Shown piece by piece: positions 47,531-50,068 of a DNA stretch of 50,068 nt (within the stretch, counting starts at the first letter, position 1; every line of letters begins with the position of its first letter). The notes beneath the pieces were generated by a model. The model saw only the letters and a list, made by a program, of their open reading frames with translations, was not told the origin of the DNA and did not search any database. The position numbers were made by a program, and so were the translations under genes. This DNA is from Nitrososphaeraceae archaeon. GTDB taxonomy: Archaea > Thermoproteota > Nitrososphaeria > Nitrososphaerales > Nitrososphaeraceae. Where the stretch lies: NCBI GenBank assembly GCA_021325075.1, contig JAJPHX010000052.1, positions 1 through 50,068 of the forward strand, read 5' to 3'.

Positions 47531-48316
47531 ATGGCAAAGGGCCTTGCGATAGTAATAGTCACCTTGGCAGTAGGAGCGGCAATCATCATCCCATTCTTCC
47601 ATGACATGTACAAGAACCCGCCTCCAGTGACCCAGATAAAGACGTCCAACCCTGCCCCAACACCGGCACCAGAAGCAGGGACAACCGTCATATCTATACT
47701 ACAGGGCGCTTCAGCTCAAGGCAACAAAGCATTTGACCCTGACCCGGCACAAGTCCCGGTTGGCAACAAGGTAGTCTGGCAGAACCAAGACACTATTCCA
47801 CATACTGCAACGTCAGGAACTGGACCGGATGACGCCAACCACGGCAAGATATTTGACACAGGCATCATCAATGGCGGCTCCAAGTCAAAGGCCATGGATC
47901 TGACAGGGGCAAAGGAAGGCGACACCATCAACTACTTCTGCTCAGTCCATCCATACATGAAGGGCGAGATCAAGGTTACAGCTGCGCAGGCAGGAGGAGC
48001 AACTGGCGGCACGGCAGCCGGACCCACGATAAAGATCCTACAGGGCGCGTCAGTTCAGGGTAGCCAGCCGTTTGACCCTGCAGAGCTGACTGCAAAGAAA
48101 GGCGACAAGGTGAGTGTCACAAATGAAGATACGCTTCCACACACAGTGACTTCAGGAACTGGGCCAAGCGACTCTGACTCGGGCAAGCTGTTCAACACCA
48201 ACATAATCGAAGGAGGCAAGACTGTCACGATAGACCTAGCTAATGTGAGCCCTGGAGAATATGCCTATTACTGCATGGTCCATCCATACATGACGGGTAA
48301 GATGAAAGTAGAGTAA
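47531..48316 (+). CDS. Membrane-anchored two-domain blue (type 1) copper protein; 5' end anomalous
   Basis: TM anchor, two plastocyanin-like repeats each with H...C-x2-H-x2-M (YFCSVHPYM, YYCMVHPYM). Confidence 0.92.
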   Translation: MAKGLAIVIVTLAVGAAIIIPFFHDMYKNPPPVTQIKTSNPAPTPAPEAGTTVISILQGASAQGNKAFDPDPAQVPVGNKVVWQNQDTIPHTATSGTGPDDANHGKIFDTGIINGGSKSKAMDLTGAKEGDTINYFCSVHPYMKGEIKVTAAQAGGATGGTAAGPTIKILQGASVQGSQPFDPAELTAKKGDKVSVTNEDTLPHTVTSGTGPSDSDSGKLFNTNIIEGGKTVTIDLANVSPGEYAYYCMVHPYMTGKMKVE

Positions 48317-48318
48317 AA

Positions 48319-48807
48319 ATGCAATTACTCAAAGCCCTTTCTTTTACCACCCTTTCTGTCCTTTTTTCACTCATGTTTATCGGAGGGTACGTTAGCGCTT
48401 CCGGCGTAGGGCTCACCTGCCCCGACTGGCCACTCTGCCCGCAGGGGCTGGTCCCGCATCAGGACTTTATCATAGAGTATTTCCACAGGTCAGTTGCCGC
48501 AACGACGGGCCTGCTTGTTATCACAACGATGGCCTTTACGATCAAGTCAAAGGTTGCCCCAAGAGGCATGAAGATAGCCTCCATAATAGCAGCGGGCGCG
48601 GTGATAGGTCAGGTGACTCTGGGTGCCATAGTGATAGTCGAGCGATTACATTCGCTTCTTGTAACAGGCCACCTTGGACTTGGGATCGTACTTTTCTCGA
48701 TGATGCTCATGACCGTCATTTACGCCTACAGGATTGACTACAGCAAGAGCACAAAGGCGACAACGCCGCCGCAAAAACTGAAACATAATGAAGATATACG
48801 TGAATGA
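48319..48807 (+). CDS. ctaA: Short heme A synthase-like protein (CtaA/COX15 half)
   Basis: GLTCPDWPLC, IEYFHR, second His (GHLGLG); four TM helices. Confidence 0.85.
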   Translation: MQLLKALSFTTLSVLFSLMFIGGYVSASGVGLTCPDWPLCPQGLVPHQDFIIEYFHRSVAATTGLLVITTMAFTIKSKVAPRGMKIASIIAAGAVIGQVTLGAIVIVERLHSLLVTGHLGLGIVLFSMMLMTVIYAYRIDYSKSTKATTPPQKLKHNEDIRE

Positions 48808-48830
48808 TGGATTTAGTATGAGGCTATAAA

Positions 48831-49964
48831 ATGGCTCAGCCTAGACGCGCCATCTTTTCTGTCCGCAATATCGCTGTCGTGGCGGCGCTCTTGCTGGTCT
48901 CTTCTTCATTGCTGACAGCTATGACAATGCAAAAGGCGTATGCGCATTTTGATCATTTTTCTCACTACAACAACAGGGGAGATAGCGTGGGCAATTACTA
49001 TGCCTATGAAGCTTTAGATCCAGAGTACGCCCGCCCAAACGAGCCGACAGCTCTCATGTTTAGCGTGCAGGATAATGACGGCCATGATACGTACAACATC
49101 ATCACGATGGTCGAGGTTTACTCTGCTGCCACAGGTGAGCGGCTAAAGGCGTTCCCCTGGACAAAGCAAGACAAAGGAGACTTCCAGCTCTTTTACAACT
49201 TTCCAGACGTTGGCAACTACCAGATAGTGCTTAGTGTGGCAACGGGCACAGGTCCGGTAAATCTGAATGGGGTGGACCCGCCAAGGGTCACTCTCGTAGG
49301 TACAACTGGATGCAACTGCGACCGCGCTGTCTTTAACGCAAGTGTTTCCAATTCTTTTGGCACCATCTGGAATACTGCCATGGCCGCAGCGGTGATTGGG
49401 CCGCTTGTGATATTTGGCAGCGTATTAGGAGTTGTACAGATGGGTAGGAGAAAAAGAGGCGTAGTGGGCGAGCGTTTTGAGGTCATAAAATGGATCATCA
49501 TGCTCTTGGCTATCGCAGGGGGGATGGTTCATTTGGCCGTATTTGCAGAACATGCTTCTTTGCGAATAGAATACAGCATATTCTTGATAACAGCTGGAAT
49601 CATGCAAATACGGTATGGCATATCCTATACTCTGCTAACTCTGAAAAGTTCCAATGCCAGTTTCAAAGATCCAATCTACGCACGCAGTTACTACAAAAAG
49701 ACGGTTGGGCTCAACCTGTTTGGCCTGCTAGGTACTGCCGTCTTGATTGGCCTTTACATATATGCAGTGACCTTTCCGCCTCCCTTGTCTCCCAACAATA
49801 GGCCTGAGGATGTCGACGTGGCTGGCATAATGGCCAAATCTACAGAGGTTGCGCTTGTATTTGGCATAGTTTATCTCATGAGGGCAGAAAAGAAGAGGCT
49901 AAATGAACGCATCAGCCAGACACCTGATGAAGCAGGTCGCGGCGAAGTCAGCGACCTGCGCTAG
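48831..49964 (+). CDS. Secreted-domain plus multi-TM protein, possibly copper handling
   Basis: Signal peptide AYA|HFDHFSH, beta-rich domain, CNC, TM helices with HLAVFAEH; ends cox cluster. Confidence 0.65.
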   Translation: MAQPRRAIFSVRNIAVVAALLLVSSSLLTAMTMQKAYAHFDHFSHYNNRGDSVGNYYAYEALDPEYARPNEPTALMFSVQDNDGHDTYNIITMVEVYSAATGERLKAFPWTKQDKGDFQLFYNFPDVGNYQIVLSVATGTGPVNLNGVDPPRVTLVGTTGCNCDRAVFNASVSNSFGTIWNTAMAAAVIGPLVIFGSVLGVVQMGRRKRGVVGERFEVIKWIIMLLAIAGGMVHLAVFAEHASLRIEYSIFLITAGIMQIRYGISYTLLTLKSSNASFKDPIYARSYYKKTVGLNLFGLLGTAVLIGLYIYAVTFPPPLSPNNRPEDVDVAGIMAKSTEVALVFGIVYLMRAEKKRLNERISQTPDEAGRGEVSDLR

Positions 49965-50068
49965 GATAAGTATACAATAACCAGTAACGCATAAAACACC
50001 AACAGGGCGACCCTTACTCATATGGCTTGGAAAGTAATGATGCCGAAAAAAATAATGTTCGGCGAAAA

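Noticed and set aside
1-50068. CRISPR array, rRNA, provirus or integrase at the two tRNAs, defence island
   Set aside because: No regularly spaced repeats, rRNA signatures, tyrosine recombinase or duplicated tRNA 3' ends were seen by eye
49965-50068. Possible 3' end of a minus-strand gene
   Set aside because: Too short; no frame gives a recognisable motif

Overview
Gene-dense archaeal chromosomal window, very likely from a Nitrososphaera-like ammonia-oxidising archaeon (Nitrososphaerota/Thaumarchaeota). The assignment rests on an Nmar_1309-like 3-hydroxypropionyl-CoA synthetase, class III phaEC, a split-CoxB terminal oxidase with a blue-copper partner, A54-type and intron-bearing tRNAs, an archaeal histone, Alba and frequent TTG starts. 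Most of the window is housekeeping: hisS, archease, FEN1, DnaG, SMC, ProRS, RibK/RibL, NreA, a Psp module and the cox operon. It also has two intron-containing tRNAs (Ser-CGA, apparently with two introns; Arg-TCT), a decayed IS6-like remnant and several small Cys/His proteins missed by the ORF track. Two candidates for an undescribed system stand out. (1) A co-oriented run of radical SAM enzyme, truncated MshC-like CysRS paralog with altered Zn ligands, GNAT acetyltransferase and myo-inositol-1-phosphate synthase, reminiscent of a mycothiol-type pathway. (2) A t6A-centred cluster in which a hydantoinase/oxoprolinase-family ATPase is coupled to TsaC and THUMP, facing a ubiquitin-like/Cgi121 fusion. 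All product calls come from motif recognition by eye; no database searches were run.
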